Positions 51,601-64,000 of a stretch of 64,000 nt of DNA are shown in pieces; the first letter of the stretch is position 1, and the number at the start of each line of letters is the position of its first letter. The stretch covers positions 19,406,001 through 19,470,000 of the forward strand of contig CM114271.1 of the NCBI GenBank assembly GCA_050084515.1. The letters are read 5' to 3'. Source of the stretch: Blasia pusilla. Its lineage: Eukaryota. The notes below the pieces were generated by a model. The model had not been told where the DNA came from. It saw only the letters and a list, made by a program, of their open reading frames with translations, and searched no databases. Made by a program: the position numbers and the translations under genes.

Positions 51601-54600
51601 AGAAGGTGAGACTACAAATGGCAAGGGGTTCATTGCATCTAAGACGAGGAATATTAAATGTGCTACTCGTATAATCTTGGGCGGGGTAAAAAGTAAAAAT
51701 AGATATATGAATGGAGAGGTAAGAAGTGGGAAAGGGGAGGAGGAGAGGATAAGTGGTGGTATTTTGACATTTTGAGTTTTTTATGAACCTATGATGATTA
51801 TTAATTGCGAGTACGTTGTGAGCCTTGTACGAGTCTATAAACTTGCACGAGACTCGTAAAAGTGTAATCCTCGTAGATGCTTTTTGAAATATATTTGTGT
51901 GTGTAACTCACAAACTTGTTTGCAAGTCTTTGCAAGTTCTGTGTGAATTGATGGACTAGAAAAATAAACATGACTACGCGGACGTGTGAAACTATGTCAA
52001 TTCATAAAGTTACATCTAGCCAAAATTAATTTTCATGAATTGGTCTTCAAAAATGTAGTTTTATTGGAGTTGCAAAATAATTGCTCTTGGGAAAAATAGA
52101 CTTGTAATGGATCGAGGTTGATCTCTCTATCCCTAGTGCAAGTTCTCGTGCGTAGAACAAGTCTAAGTAACATTCCACTACTTTCTATGTGATGTGTTAT
52201 TGGTACCTTAACACGTGTAATGTTGCCATGTTTGAAGGAAAAAAAATCTTTCTTATTTAGGAACTCATTTACTATAAAGTAATGCATCATGAGTGACAAT
52301 TTTCACCACTGAAAAAACATATTTGCATTTTTTTGCCTAAATTATGAAGTTCCAAATAGAAAACCAACCATCAAGACAAGAGATTACTAGACCATACAAC
52401 TTCTTTTTGAAACTTCACCTTATTTTTTCATTCTTCCATTACTTGAATCGGTCCATAACAAAGATAAAATAGATATACTTTGATAAGGATATCAAGAACA
52501 ATTTCTGAAAAATCTAGACAAAGTGAAAGAAAATGATGTGATATATTCCTTTGTAGGAGAGAGCGTTGTAAGGTAAAACCAAATATAATATTTTTTATCA
52601 CTACCTTAATAATATTTATCATCATCGCCACATTGATTTCCATTTTCATGTAAAATTGGATTTCACTTACTAATCCCCTTCCATACTTTTTTTTAAAGGA
52701 AATCAATGCCATGGTTTTTTTAAATGACTCAAAACCACTCACGTCTCGTGATTTTCCATTAAAATCCCTTCAAATCTTCATTCTAATCAATTTAATTAAG
52801 CATTCTCCTAAGTCTACGAGGCTAGGGGATGAGATTAACTACGTAGACCATATGCACCTTAGGGGGCTTGGAATCATTTAGCACTTAGTGATTACCCAAT
52901 TGGCTCATGGAAAACGAAATTGATTGGATATTTGAGACTTAATCCAATAACATTTTTTCAAGACTTAGGGTTGGGATCTCTTTTCCGATTAGTGAGGAGG
53001 AGTAGATGCTGAAGTGTATGATGCACATCCTCATAAAGAAATGTAATATTTTATTTCATAAAAACTCCATCCTTCCCATTTTCTTAAACAAAAAACATCT
53101 CTCCCTTGAAATCCCTTTCCCTCATCCAAACATCTTTATCCTTTCATTTTGAAGAAACATGGTCCTTTCTTGCCCCTTCCCCCAACCTCATATTTCAAGG
53201 AAAATCCCTCTTTCTTCCTGTAGAAATATTCTATAGATACTTCCTCTTGAATATGAGGGAGGTAAGAGTCCCTATTGTTGACCTCATCCCTTTTATAATA
53301 GTTTTCTACATTGTCTCTTCGCCTATGTGTTTCTACCATTGTCAATCTATAGAGGAAATCATAATTTTGTAGTTATCCATTGACATACATGAAGGACAAT
53401 CTTTTTGAGGATTGGATTATTATAATGCAACTTTTGTTAAATAAAGGCATTCTTTGGTCACAGTTCCCTCTTGTTGATGGCATATAGATTATAGTAGGGG
53501 AAAAATATTACTCCAATTACACTTTACAACAATGATTACTTATTGAGTATTCCATAGAAGATGGTGCATTGCCACTTAAAGGAGTGCAAAGAGCTTCTAA
53601 GAAGTATCATTGAGCCAAATCTCAAGCCAAACCTATCTTCAATGTGAGGAATCCAAGTCTAACCCTAGCCTTTACTTGGAAGGCTCAAATGTGGAAATAT
53701 GAGCCTTCCCTTGTAATCAATTGAGTGAGAGGGGGTAAAAATTTATTATGTAGAAAATGGATGAGAGATTAGAAATATCTCTATTGTTTTTGAATTCGTA
53801 CTTGGAACTTTTGAAGATAGAGATCGCAATGCCCAAGCCGCACAGACATTGGATGTATCGCAAACACCTTTTGATCCTAAGAGGAGCAAACTACTAACCA
53901 CATGATATATAATGAACCTAAGATATAGATGTAGAGAAGAAGGGTTCCAAAGGAAGGAGGTACATTGGAGATGAATGAGATGATGATGGACCATGATATG
54001 GCGGTAAGTAAGTTGGGGAAGAGTAAGAGACAGATGAGGGATACGGGTATAAAAGACAAGAGTTTAAAGCAAGGGTTCAAATGAGATATATAAGGATAAA
54101 AAAGTAGTAGGATTCTTAACTAATGGATATAGATTATGATAAGTGGGAAGAGAAGGATAGGGGAAAATTGACAAGAATATAAGAGGTGTATGAGTATCAG
54201 GAAGAAATTTGTGAGAGTTACGAAGAGGAGGAAAACCAAGAAGAGAGATTACAATTGAAGGAGGAAAATTAAAACTAGACAAGCAAGGGGATAGATTCTC
54301 CAACTCATGGCCATGGCCATGGATCGTATCTGAACATGTCATTCAAGACAAGATGGAACATAACAAATGTCAATAAAGTAAAAATATGAGAATAATAGCC
54401 TTACTAGGAAGAATGGGGTCCATCCATGAATAATTTGGATGGAGAGAAATATGGTTAGACAAAGGTAGAGGTTTTTGATTAAAAATCATTTCAAGAAGAA
54501 CAAAAAGCATGTGAACTTAAGAAAGAAGGAGGAACAATCTATATGTCATAAAATGGGTCTAGAATATTCTAAAGGATACAAAAATGTAGGCAAGAGAAAA

Positions 54601-54865
54601 TTAATGCAGTAAAGTGTTGGAAAAGTAAGAAAGGTGTGTGGTAGGAATTGGAAAAAAAACCCTCTACAAAAAATAAACATCAATGGAGAAGGAAGAAAAA
54701 GTAGAAAAAAGTTGATACAAAAAGAACGATCTTGCTTAGATGATCTTAACAAGAGTAAGCACATCCGAAACTCAAAGAGAAGATAACAAAGGAAATTGGA
54801 AACACAAAAAGGATGTGAGAAGAAAGTGAATGCCATCCATCGATGACTGATATGAAGGGATCATG

Positions 54866-55030
54866 TGTCATGTGCATACACATCGCTACAAAATCCACAT
54901 CACTGATCATATCTATATAAAATAAACTCACTATTCGGCCCAATAGACGGGTAGATACGCACACATAAAAAATACACTAATGAATGTATATCAAGACCAT
55001 ACAACTAGACACGTTGTCTGACCTAAACTA
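54866..55030 (-). mobile_element. Short remnant of a B-type terminus of the DNMT-retroelement group
   Basis: tgtcatgtgcatacacatcgctacaaaatccacatcactg resembles tgtcgtgcgcatacacatcgctacacaacatacatcgctg (15085). The right boundary is uncertain. Confidence 0.6.
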
Positions 55031-57814
55031 GCAAAAGAGAGGGAATTTCCTAAACAAAAATCCCTTCGGAATGGAGTTATTGCCAACCTCATCCGAGATT
55101 GGGAATAACTTCATTAGGATGAAGTTATTCCCAAACAATCCGTTGGCTCTATACGTCATACACATGGTAGAAGTGTATATTGGCTTACAAAGGTGCGAAA
55201 AACGTAATGTTTGGCCTAACATGTACGAAAAGACTGAAGAAAGTGAGAAGAACCATTTGATCCGATTATAACCGATAGTGTGGCATCATAAATTGAACAC
55301 AATATATGAAACTAGTGCAGGCCCATGCAATGCACAAATTTAAATTACGTCTCAAAATGATGATGAGCTCTCAAAATTATCGAGTGCCATTTTAACTCAA
55401 CTTGGAGTTGTCCTATTGGTTCATAGGATGAACGATCCTATTGACTAAAAGTGCAAAATGTCTAGATGAGAGGAATTCACAAAATGAAAGTGCACTCTCT
55501 AATAAAAATATAAAAAATATTTTATATTAAAAAATATAAAAGATTAATTACTAAAACATTTATCTCCTCTTCCTAAACACCCGTATACATATATGAATTA
55601 GTTTGAAAGAATCCCAAAACAACCGTGTGATTCGTCGAGCGTAGGGTTCGAGCCAGGAAAGAAGCGGTCACGCGAGTTGGGCCTGTTTGGAATCGGGCTG
55701 ACGTGGCCGCTGGAGATAGATTCTCGCCTCGTTAGAGTGGATGTGGCCGGTAGTCATACGCCGCGACGAGAAGGTGGCAATCATTGGCCACTCCAGTGCG
55801 GTGCTGGACGGAGCTGGTTCGGACAATCATCAATCTTAGAGACTGGGGCGGTAAGGGAATACCACTCATGAATACTAGCACCGGGAGGAGAAGCGGGCTG
55901 TTGGGGCCGGTGTCTTGAAGGAAAACCAGGCGCCACGCATCATGACAGGTAGCTGGGAGGTGGAATGGCGGTATTCTCCACTCGGCAACCGGTGCTCGAG
56001 AAAACCACAGGCGCCGCACACTCATCCATCATACCCGCATACACCTTCCCTCAAGTTTCGTACCGAGTCACACGAATTTACTTGGTTGGGTCGCGCTTCA
56101 ACGACCGCTCTGGGTGAAAAATATTCACTCTTTCACTGTGAGACAGTTTGGGGTTGGTGGGTCCCCGTGACGCTTCTGCTGCCCTACAGGCAGCAGCAGG
56201 AGGGGGAAGGCCTAACAATTCTGGATCTGCACGCCACCGGTTGCTGCTGCTGCTGTGCTGGGGACGTAGCATATCAGATTCAGGAGGGACGGAAAAGCTG
56301 GCTCCCACACAGTGGCATCGCAGGGAAAGATGCCAACTGTGGTGAGTCTAGGTGAGCCGATATACAGTTGTTGAGATGGATGCCCGGCAGCCCGGGCTGG
56401 CCACCCGGATGAAATCGCTTGCGGGAAGGGAAGGGATGAGTTATGGCACTTTCCAATATGGGGAGAGAGTGGGGAATTTTGCCATGACGAGAGTAGGTAG
56501 TTGTTTCCATGCGAGTCTGTCGGTACACATAGCCATCAATTCAAGGTGGACTCCACTGCCGTGCCTGCAAATACCAGATAGGTGAAGATGGGTATCAAGC
56601 ACAGACAGCGGATTTATCACGAGAGAGATAATATTGGTTTCTCAAAATTCTCGCCGGAAATGGCTATGGACGAATGGTTCTCGAGATGCCACGTGTTAGG
56701 GTTCATACTCCGACCTGGATCCGAAGTTCCAGAGTTCCAAACCCGATGACCCAGTACGTGAACTCTGATCACGATCCTAACCCGCGACGATGATTGTCCC
56801 TCGATGGTGAGCCTTACAAGTGTACGGTAGTGTTCCAGATCCCGGGGGGTCTCGAGTCGGCTTGCTTGACTCGGGTTAGTCCGATTCCTCTCCCGTCGCC
56901 GGGCCTGAGTAATCTCGTCTGGAGGTCATGATCATGGCTGGTCGGGCGTGTACAACCGAGTCGCTACACTCCTTTCTTTGTTCGTTCCCATCCCGTCGCG
57001 GTTCTTATCCCCAGCCCAGGCCCTGATGCATGGGTACGGGAAACGGGACGGCGTAGGCATCCCGACCGCAGCGGGCGGTGGCCATGGGCAGTAGTGTAGG
57101 CAGTTATTTAGAACTGGGGGAAGCAAGGCGGTCAGCAGTCACATGGATCACAATTGTCTTTTCGACGCTAAAAAACCCAGCGCGGCTCGGCGCCACTCCG
57201 TTCCCGGCGGAGTCCCACGCTCGCCGGTGACGCGGCGACTTGCCAGTTCTAAATATAGAAGAGTGAATGTAACGCCCCGCCGTCTTCAGGGTCTCCAGCC
57301 TCTCCCCTATCACCCACGGCAGGATCCACCGGAAGATCGTCTCTAGCGAACAGTCTCAACTTAGCTCCCCACTTACGAATGGCAGCGCTGCCGCCCCGGA
57401 GACTTCTTTCTTTCACCTTTACCCGTAACTTAAGGACCGCCGTCAGTCTACGGACATGTCTATCATGTGTTCCCCGATGCGAGGCCAATTTAACGCCACT
57501 ATTCTAGCGTCGCTCTAATTTAAACGGACGTCAGAGTCGACGGAACTCTGAGGCTCTTTACGGGGGACGTCTCGTTAGGAAGGCGAAGACGGACGGGAGG
57601 TGTACCATGGAAGTATCGTGAGGGTAATTCAAGAGGACGGACGGACGGACGGACGGTCGGGTCCCGCGAACTAACGTTCAGAAGAGAGGAGCGAGGGTTC
57701 GGCTGTTACCGAACCCGAAGGAAACAGCCAGTCGGGCGGGCACGCCAGGGAGGGAAAGCGATCAATCCATCCGTCCGTCCATCCATCCAGCGCTGATTGT
57801 GGCCAGCAGCTTGC

Positions 57815-57822
57815 TTTATATA
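57815..57822 (+). promoter_or_regulatory. Putative TATA box of the expansin gene
   Basis: TTTATATA in a GC-rich context, about 285 bp upstream of the proposed ATG at 58105. Confidence 0.5.
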
Positions 57823-58104
57823 CCCCCGCCCTTTTTCAAACTCCATCGCTCCCCTGTTGGTAATCCTCGTTCGCATCTTCCTGCGTCGCAGCCTCGTCTG
57901 CCTGCATACCTGGGCGAGTGTACATCTGGCTTCGTTCGTTCGTTGAGTCGTCGTTGTTACATTCACACCCACTGCGCACTGCACTCCGGAGAGCGCCGCG
58001 GCGAATGCTCCAGGAACTCTTGCATGAAGCTTGTGCGCGGATCGCAGTAGGGACGTCGACTTGATCTCCCGGCATTGTGTTTCTTCTCCTCGGCAAGATT
58101 CCAC

Positions 58105-59877
58105 ATGGCAAGGTATTTGATCGTGGCGCGCCAGTATTTCTTGGGATTCTTGGCGCTGTCCTGTCTCGTCAGTGATGTGAGGATTGGCGGACGGAGGCTG
58201 GAAACCCGTTCAGGAGTCGCCTTCTGGAATGGTCATCGTCCCACATTGTGGCAGAGAGATTGAGGGGCGGGATGGTTGAGCATCAGGGGATCGAGGAGGA
58301 GGGTATAGGTGGGGCACACGGTGGAAAGTCCCTTAACACAGGCATTCGATTAGGGGCAGATAGTTGCACAGGGCATGGTGTGTTCCCCATATGGTCCGGC
58401 AGTGGGTTGAGGTTCTCGTAAACATATAGCTGCGAGCATTTCGAAATTTGATTTCCCACGCGAAGTATTCGTGGAGACAGTTTCTTGGCTTGCGCTGCCA
58501 ATTTGGAGCATTTGCCGCCCGCTCTCGCTCTGGGGTCCTAAAACCGTAGCAGAGCTTTTAGCCCGGCTATACCTTCTCTACTCATGACATTGCAACCTAT
58601 GAAGTCCTCTCTTCTCCCAAAGATTTGTTCCACTAATCCAAGATGCTATTATCCGTAACCGTCTAGCACTTCTGCAGTTGATGGAACTGGATTTCCTGAA
58701 GATTCATCGAAGGAGATGTACATGTGGCGGCCTCTTCAATGACCTCGTCTGTATTGTCCTATGTCTGATTGTTATGTAATGCGAATGTTTAGTACTCACT
58801 TTTTAATCCGTCTACCTCCGTTCCAGAAACATGGTGACGATAACAGGAGCGGTTCTTTGTTGTGTATTTTTCTTCCTGGGCAAGGAAGTGAATGCGGGGC
58901 CTCTCCAAAATGGCTGGGTCTCTGCCCATGCGACATTCTATGGGGGGAGCGACGCGTCGGGAACAATGGGTAAGTCACTTCGATTCGTCCGGAATCCTCC
59001 AGCCCCTATACCCACAATGCCAACTATATGCTGCCACTATTGCGCAGAGCTACTGCCTTCTTGTAGAGTTCTGCTGATGGTTTAACCATACTACTGGACT
59101 TGGTTCATGTTCATGAAATCTTTGGGTGTCTCCTCCGCAGCTGGGGCTTGTGGTTATGGAAATTTGTATAGCCAGGGATACGGTACAAATACCGCAGCGT
59201 TGAGTACTGCTCTCTTCAACGGTGGGCTAAGTTGCGGCGCTTGTTTTGAGGTGAAGTGCGACACTCAAAACGAGCAGCGATGGTGCAGGCCTAACGCCCC
59301 GTCTATTACCATTACAGCGACTAATTTGTGTCCCCCTAACTATGCTCTGCCGAGCAACAACGGAGGATGGTGTAATCCCCCTAGGCAGCACTTCGATATG
59401 TCCCAGCCTGCTTGGGAACAAATTGGTATCTACCGGGGCGGCATAGTACCCGTCTTGTACAGAAGGTCAGTATACGCAGCAGTTGACATGTCTTTATCCT
59501 GTTTCACTTATAAGCCTGTTGCATGCTCTTTGGCGGTTGGCCCCTGACTCATCCGAATCACGGTATGTTGCAGAGTTGCGTGCCAGAAGAGGGGCGGTAT
59601 CCACTTCACTGTTAACGGCAACCCTTACTTCAACTTGGTTTTAGTGACTAATGTCGGCGGAGCCGGAAATGTTGTTGCGGTGAAAATTAAGGGTTCGCGA
59701 ACCGGTTGGATGCAGATGACTCACAACTGGGGTGAGAATTGGGAACTGAGACAGAAGTTGACTGGACAGGCCCTGTCTTTCATTGTGACCACGGAGGATG
59801 GTACGTCTGTGACATCCATTAATGCGGCTGGAGCGGACTGGCGCTTCGGGCAAACCTTTGAAGGAAGTCAGTACTGA
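58105..59877 (+). CDS. EXPA: Alpha-expansin. Proposed exons 58105-58112, 58827-58969, 59141-59465, 59574-59877; an alternative start is the ATG at 58831
   Basis: Signal-peptide-like N-terminus, [65 protein letters not shown] (HFD motif), [24 protein letters not shown]. All introns are GT-AG and the joins stay in frame. Confidence 0.95.
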
Positions 59878-62800
59878 ATCAAGCTTGTTCCACATGCTGC
59901 TATGTATCCTTCGACGCATACCCATTTATGTTTATGGAACAAGCCATACTTAATGTACACTAAGTGATGACAGTCTTTAACGCCTGACTATCTTAAGAAT
60001 TTCATGACCATTATTTGATGGCTGAGGCGAGCACGGAACAGCCCGCTATCTAAATAATATGAACCATCGTCGTACTTTTGCTTGCAAAGATAGTGAGTCT
60101 ATTCACGTACTGATGGTCGCTGGGGTTCATAACCGGACCAAGCCTCCGAATTTGCTCAGGCTACCTCGACTCGATCAAGGCAGCTGCGGTGCGTATTTTG
60201 ATCACCCGCTCCAGATCAACTTAGTCGGAGGATTTCAAGATTTGAAGGTGCATTATCTCCTGCATGAGTTAACCTTTGGCTAGCATGAATGTTCAGGTAG
60301 AGGACTGCTCTCAAGTCGGCCTGCCAAATTCTTCTTAGTCTAACGCACGAAACTGGGGCGTGCATAGAGAAGCCGCCCGTTTCACTTAACGAAAGTAGAG
60401 TAAAGGTAGATATCAGCCCCTCGAGCTCGCCATTGGCTTGAACATGCTTCCTATGTGTAAATGGTACTATTTTGATAATGAGTTGCTCAAGTGTCTTTTG
60501 AAAAGTGGCCAGACTGCTCCTTCTCCCATCATGCCGCGTTGGGAACGACTTATCTACCCTGGCAAGTTATCTTGTCCTGCAAATGAATCTGAATGGTTTA
60601 TGATTTGTTATTGTGCATGTAATCATTGCGTTATGCTCTTATATTCATACATAAATGAATGAAATGCTCTTATGTTTTCGGGATATTGCTCGAAATGTTA
60701 ATACTATTCCCTCGATGTTTTTTTGGGAAAATTTGCAAAATATTCATGCTATTCCCTCGAAAAATCATGGTAAACAATGTCTGCTAGAAATACCTGTCAC
60801 CCGTCAAGTAGACCAGCAAGTATATTCGAAAATATTGGACCATTGTCAAAATGTAACGATCAATCTTCATTGACAGTCTTTTAACGTTGACTGTCATAAT
60901 CATCGTCAGCCAGAATTGATCGTCATGTTTTCACCATGGTACGAAGATGGAGACACATTAATGTACAACAGGCCATGAATGCGACGCAAGTTCTAGCTCA
61001 CACCAGATAAATGTAATTTTTTTTTAAATGGCTATACTCTTTCTTACTCTACTATCAGTCACTGTAAACAATCAAGTCTGTCACAAAACAAACATGTGTG
61101 AACCTTAATCCGTCCTCCTAACCCTTTGTGACTACAAACGCCGGTGAGTCACTCTGCTAATCAGCTCTCGAAAAATTCGAATCGACGAGTGAAGGTATGG
61201 AAAAAATTTCCGGGATAACTTCACTACATGAGCGAGAATGATGTAGAGATGTTATCCGGGAAATTCGGAAGTTCTGGCCGCTAGCCACAACTTCCGAATT
61301 TGTCATCCAATCATCCTCTTTTCGTTCGAGAAACATGCCTCAATTTGACTGGCGCACGTAATCGTTCTTGCACTGTGACTTGGCCACGATCAGTGATCTA
61401 GACACATCGCAAATCGCCGGAGGGTACACATCCAAGTTAGCCTATGCGCCCACTGTAGTCATAGTTGTCTATCGGGTCTTCCCCTTAATATATTTCATCA
61501 CTACATTAAATATTTATGGGAGTGTGCTCCTTTATCTTGCAATCTTCTCTAATTTTGACGCGCGGCATTTTCAATCGCTTTTTAAGACAATAGGATCGTT
61601 CACTTTCTTGACCAATAAAATCACTCAAAATTAATTTAAAAGAGCTAATTAATTTTGAGAACTCCTAAATGTTCTAATGTTTGTCAGTTGCCCTTGCCAA
61701 TCATACATGTTACAAATGTATGACACATACCTGTAGGACCGGTAGCGACGAAAATACTCAAGATGAGAAAGTTCGGATCAAATAAAGAGGGAATCCCTAA
61801 TGCAAACACCGGACAGGTGTCTAACGAGAAAAACGGAAAAAAAAAGCTACACTGGACAGAACGTCCATGAACCGTATTCTAAGCATAGCACTGTCGAATA
61901 ACTCCGGAAAAGCTTAACGAGAGAGTCACTGAAGCTCACTCTAATCTAAACGGTTACGACACGACGTCTTGCGTTTTCTCGGGATTTTCTAAAGGCACCG
62001 CCGCGAGACCGCGACAGTGCGAGGGGATGTGCGCCTCGTGCAACACACCCTAGTTTAGTTATGAAGTGAGTGGAGGGTGAGTTGGAAATTACAAGACATG
62101 CCCCAAATCCAGCCCACCAGCGCAATACGGTTTTATTGCGCCCAGCTGTATCATAAATATGAGGTGGGCCGGCCAATCGAGGAGATATAATAGTCAACTC
62201 CAAAAAGAGTGCAAATATTTCCCCGAGCGTTAGAGGACTGCCCAATACGGAAGTTCTTTTTCGAGAGCGAAAAAAAAAATGAGAAAGGGGGCGCGAGATT
62301 TTAAAAGATTTCCTTTCTGGGATGCTCATAAAGAATTTGTCGACTTTTCTCTTCAAGCCATGTTATTTATTTACTAAAACCATCGACGAATGAAAGTTTG
62401 CCCAGAATATTTCGAGATGGTATAAAGTCAAGGTGGAGGGAGGTTTGAGTTTTGAACCAATCAAGCGTATTAGAATAAGAGAAACTATCGTCTGACGAGC
62501 GTCGGCAATTCACGATCTCCAAAATGTTGGCATCCATGGGAAAAAAAAACACTTGTCTTCGATGGAGAGGGAAAAAAAAGAAGAAGCATTTCCTTGGATT
62601 TCATATTCACTTCTCATTCCACACAAATTCCGTCGGGTGGGGATATCAAATTTTTTTGGAAGAAGAATTTCATGCAAACTACCCGGAAATTTCGAAAACG
62701 TAGGAGAATTATATTCCCAAAAAGAAGAAAACCACGCTTAAATTTTGTACTTAGCCGTCCGAAAGTCTTCCGCAATCGTGTAAAAATCATTACGTATTCT

Positions 62801-64000
62801 ATTTGGGACACATGCGACATTACAATACACTCGTCTGGGCGATTTACGAGGACAAAGGAATAGGGCTTATAATTCGGCATCATTCATATGAAGGTAATAA
62901 GTGCGCTACATAAAGTAAAAGAAATGACATTCCCGAGACCACCATGTACAGCACAGTCGCCTGTACGTCCAACTACGTCCAGCAATGAGCTGCCTGCGGT
63001 GGGGTGTGTAGTAGCAGTGGGAGAAGCAGACCAACTGAAGGTTTGAGCTCTTTTCTTCCTCTCTTCCTCTCCATGTATGGTGCCGTGCGGCTCGAGCTGA
63101 GCATGCACGGCGTATGGCAATGAATGAAGGCCAATGGTGACCGAAAGAGAAGATCGCTTGCACTGAAAGTCTGGAATGCAATCCTACTTTCACTCATGAG
63201 CAGTGTTTCTGGTCTGTCTCTTTATCGCTCCTTTTGCAGGCGCCTTTGTGGTGTCTGAACACAAGTCTATGACTCTATGCTGCTGCTGCGGTCACTGTGC
63301 GGTCACTGAACTGTCAGTACCATCCTCATGCACAGTGCCACAGACTGCAGCGTCCGCCTTATCTGAGGAGAGTCAAGTAGTTGGAGTTTCATTGATGTGG
63401 TCTCGCTGCTTCTGCTGCAACATCTACCTCGGCGTGGTGTACAGTCCAACGATCAAGGCAATTTACGCATTGGTCTCAACTCTGCGCGCTTAGTCAGTGC
63501 ATTAAAGATGTTGTACGAAACCTTTAAAATTTACGAGTTCGGCGTAACTGCTTCATCCGATGTTTGTTCATGTCGGAAAATTTGTGCATACTTTTTCTCC
63601 ATGGTTTCTTTAATGATATTCTGGCACTGCGAAATATGTATCCTGATTGGAGGACGCAGTTCTTTAGCTGGTCCTCCGTTCGACGCGTGTCACTGCTCCC
63701 TCAAAACTACTTTTGGTCACGTTAATTGTGGTCGTATAGAGATTGGTATTGAAACCTGAATAATTAAACTGAGATCCGTGCATGGCACGGTCGCTTACGG
63801 GTTCTTACTAGTTGATTGATATCCATGATCTAGCTTTGCGGGACGCCCGCCCGCCGGATGAGCTGAGCTCAAGTCCTGTCGGCTAGCACGCGTCTCACTC
63901 CTACACTGCGTGCGTCCGCCAGTGGACTCTATTTTCAGCGGGCAGGACTGGACCGATCTCCCATCTACAGATAGTGCCTCTTTCCCCTTTGTCGAATAGA

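Noticed and set aside
52850-54300. Possible LINE ORF1/endonuclease remnant on the minus strand
   Set aside because: Only vague fragments (DVW, a Cys/His cluster) are visible, too decayed to support by eye.
63070-63120. Short hairpin (tgccgtgc...gcacggcg) as a miRNA precursor
   Set aside because: The stem is too short and I recognise no mature miRNA sequence in it.

Overview
Eukaryotic, land-plant genomic DNA: spliceosomal introns, an alpha-expansin gene and a nested transposon graveyard at about 9.8-55 kb. The species cannot be identified from this window. The main signal is three degenerate copies of an unusual Ty3/Gypsy-type retroelement: A 11715-27705 (+), B 15085-25339 (-) nested inside A, and C 39947-46364 (+). 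The polyprotein order is Gag (2 zinc knuckles) - aspartic protease - DNMT3/DRM-like C5 cytosine methyltransferase - RT - RNase H - DDE integrase - PHD finger. The elements lack ordinary LTR pairs. Their ends are split direct repeats, A1-[internal]-B1-NN-A2-B2, with an internal CA-NN-TG end-to-end junction, TG...CA outer termini and a 4-bp target-site duplication. That layout is known from tyrosine-recombinase retrotransposons (PAT/Ngaro), but here it is paired with a DDE integrase. Also present: degenerate Copia, hAT and CACTA remnants, several tandem or inverted repeats, and one apparently intact alpha-expansin gene (58105-59877). No protein-coding gene could be supported in the first 9 kb. 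All assignments come from reading motifs by eye; no database searches were run.
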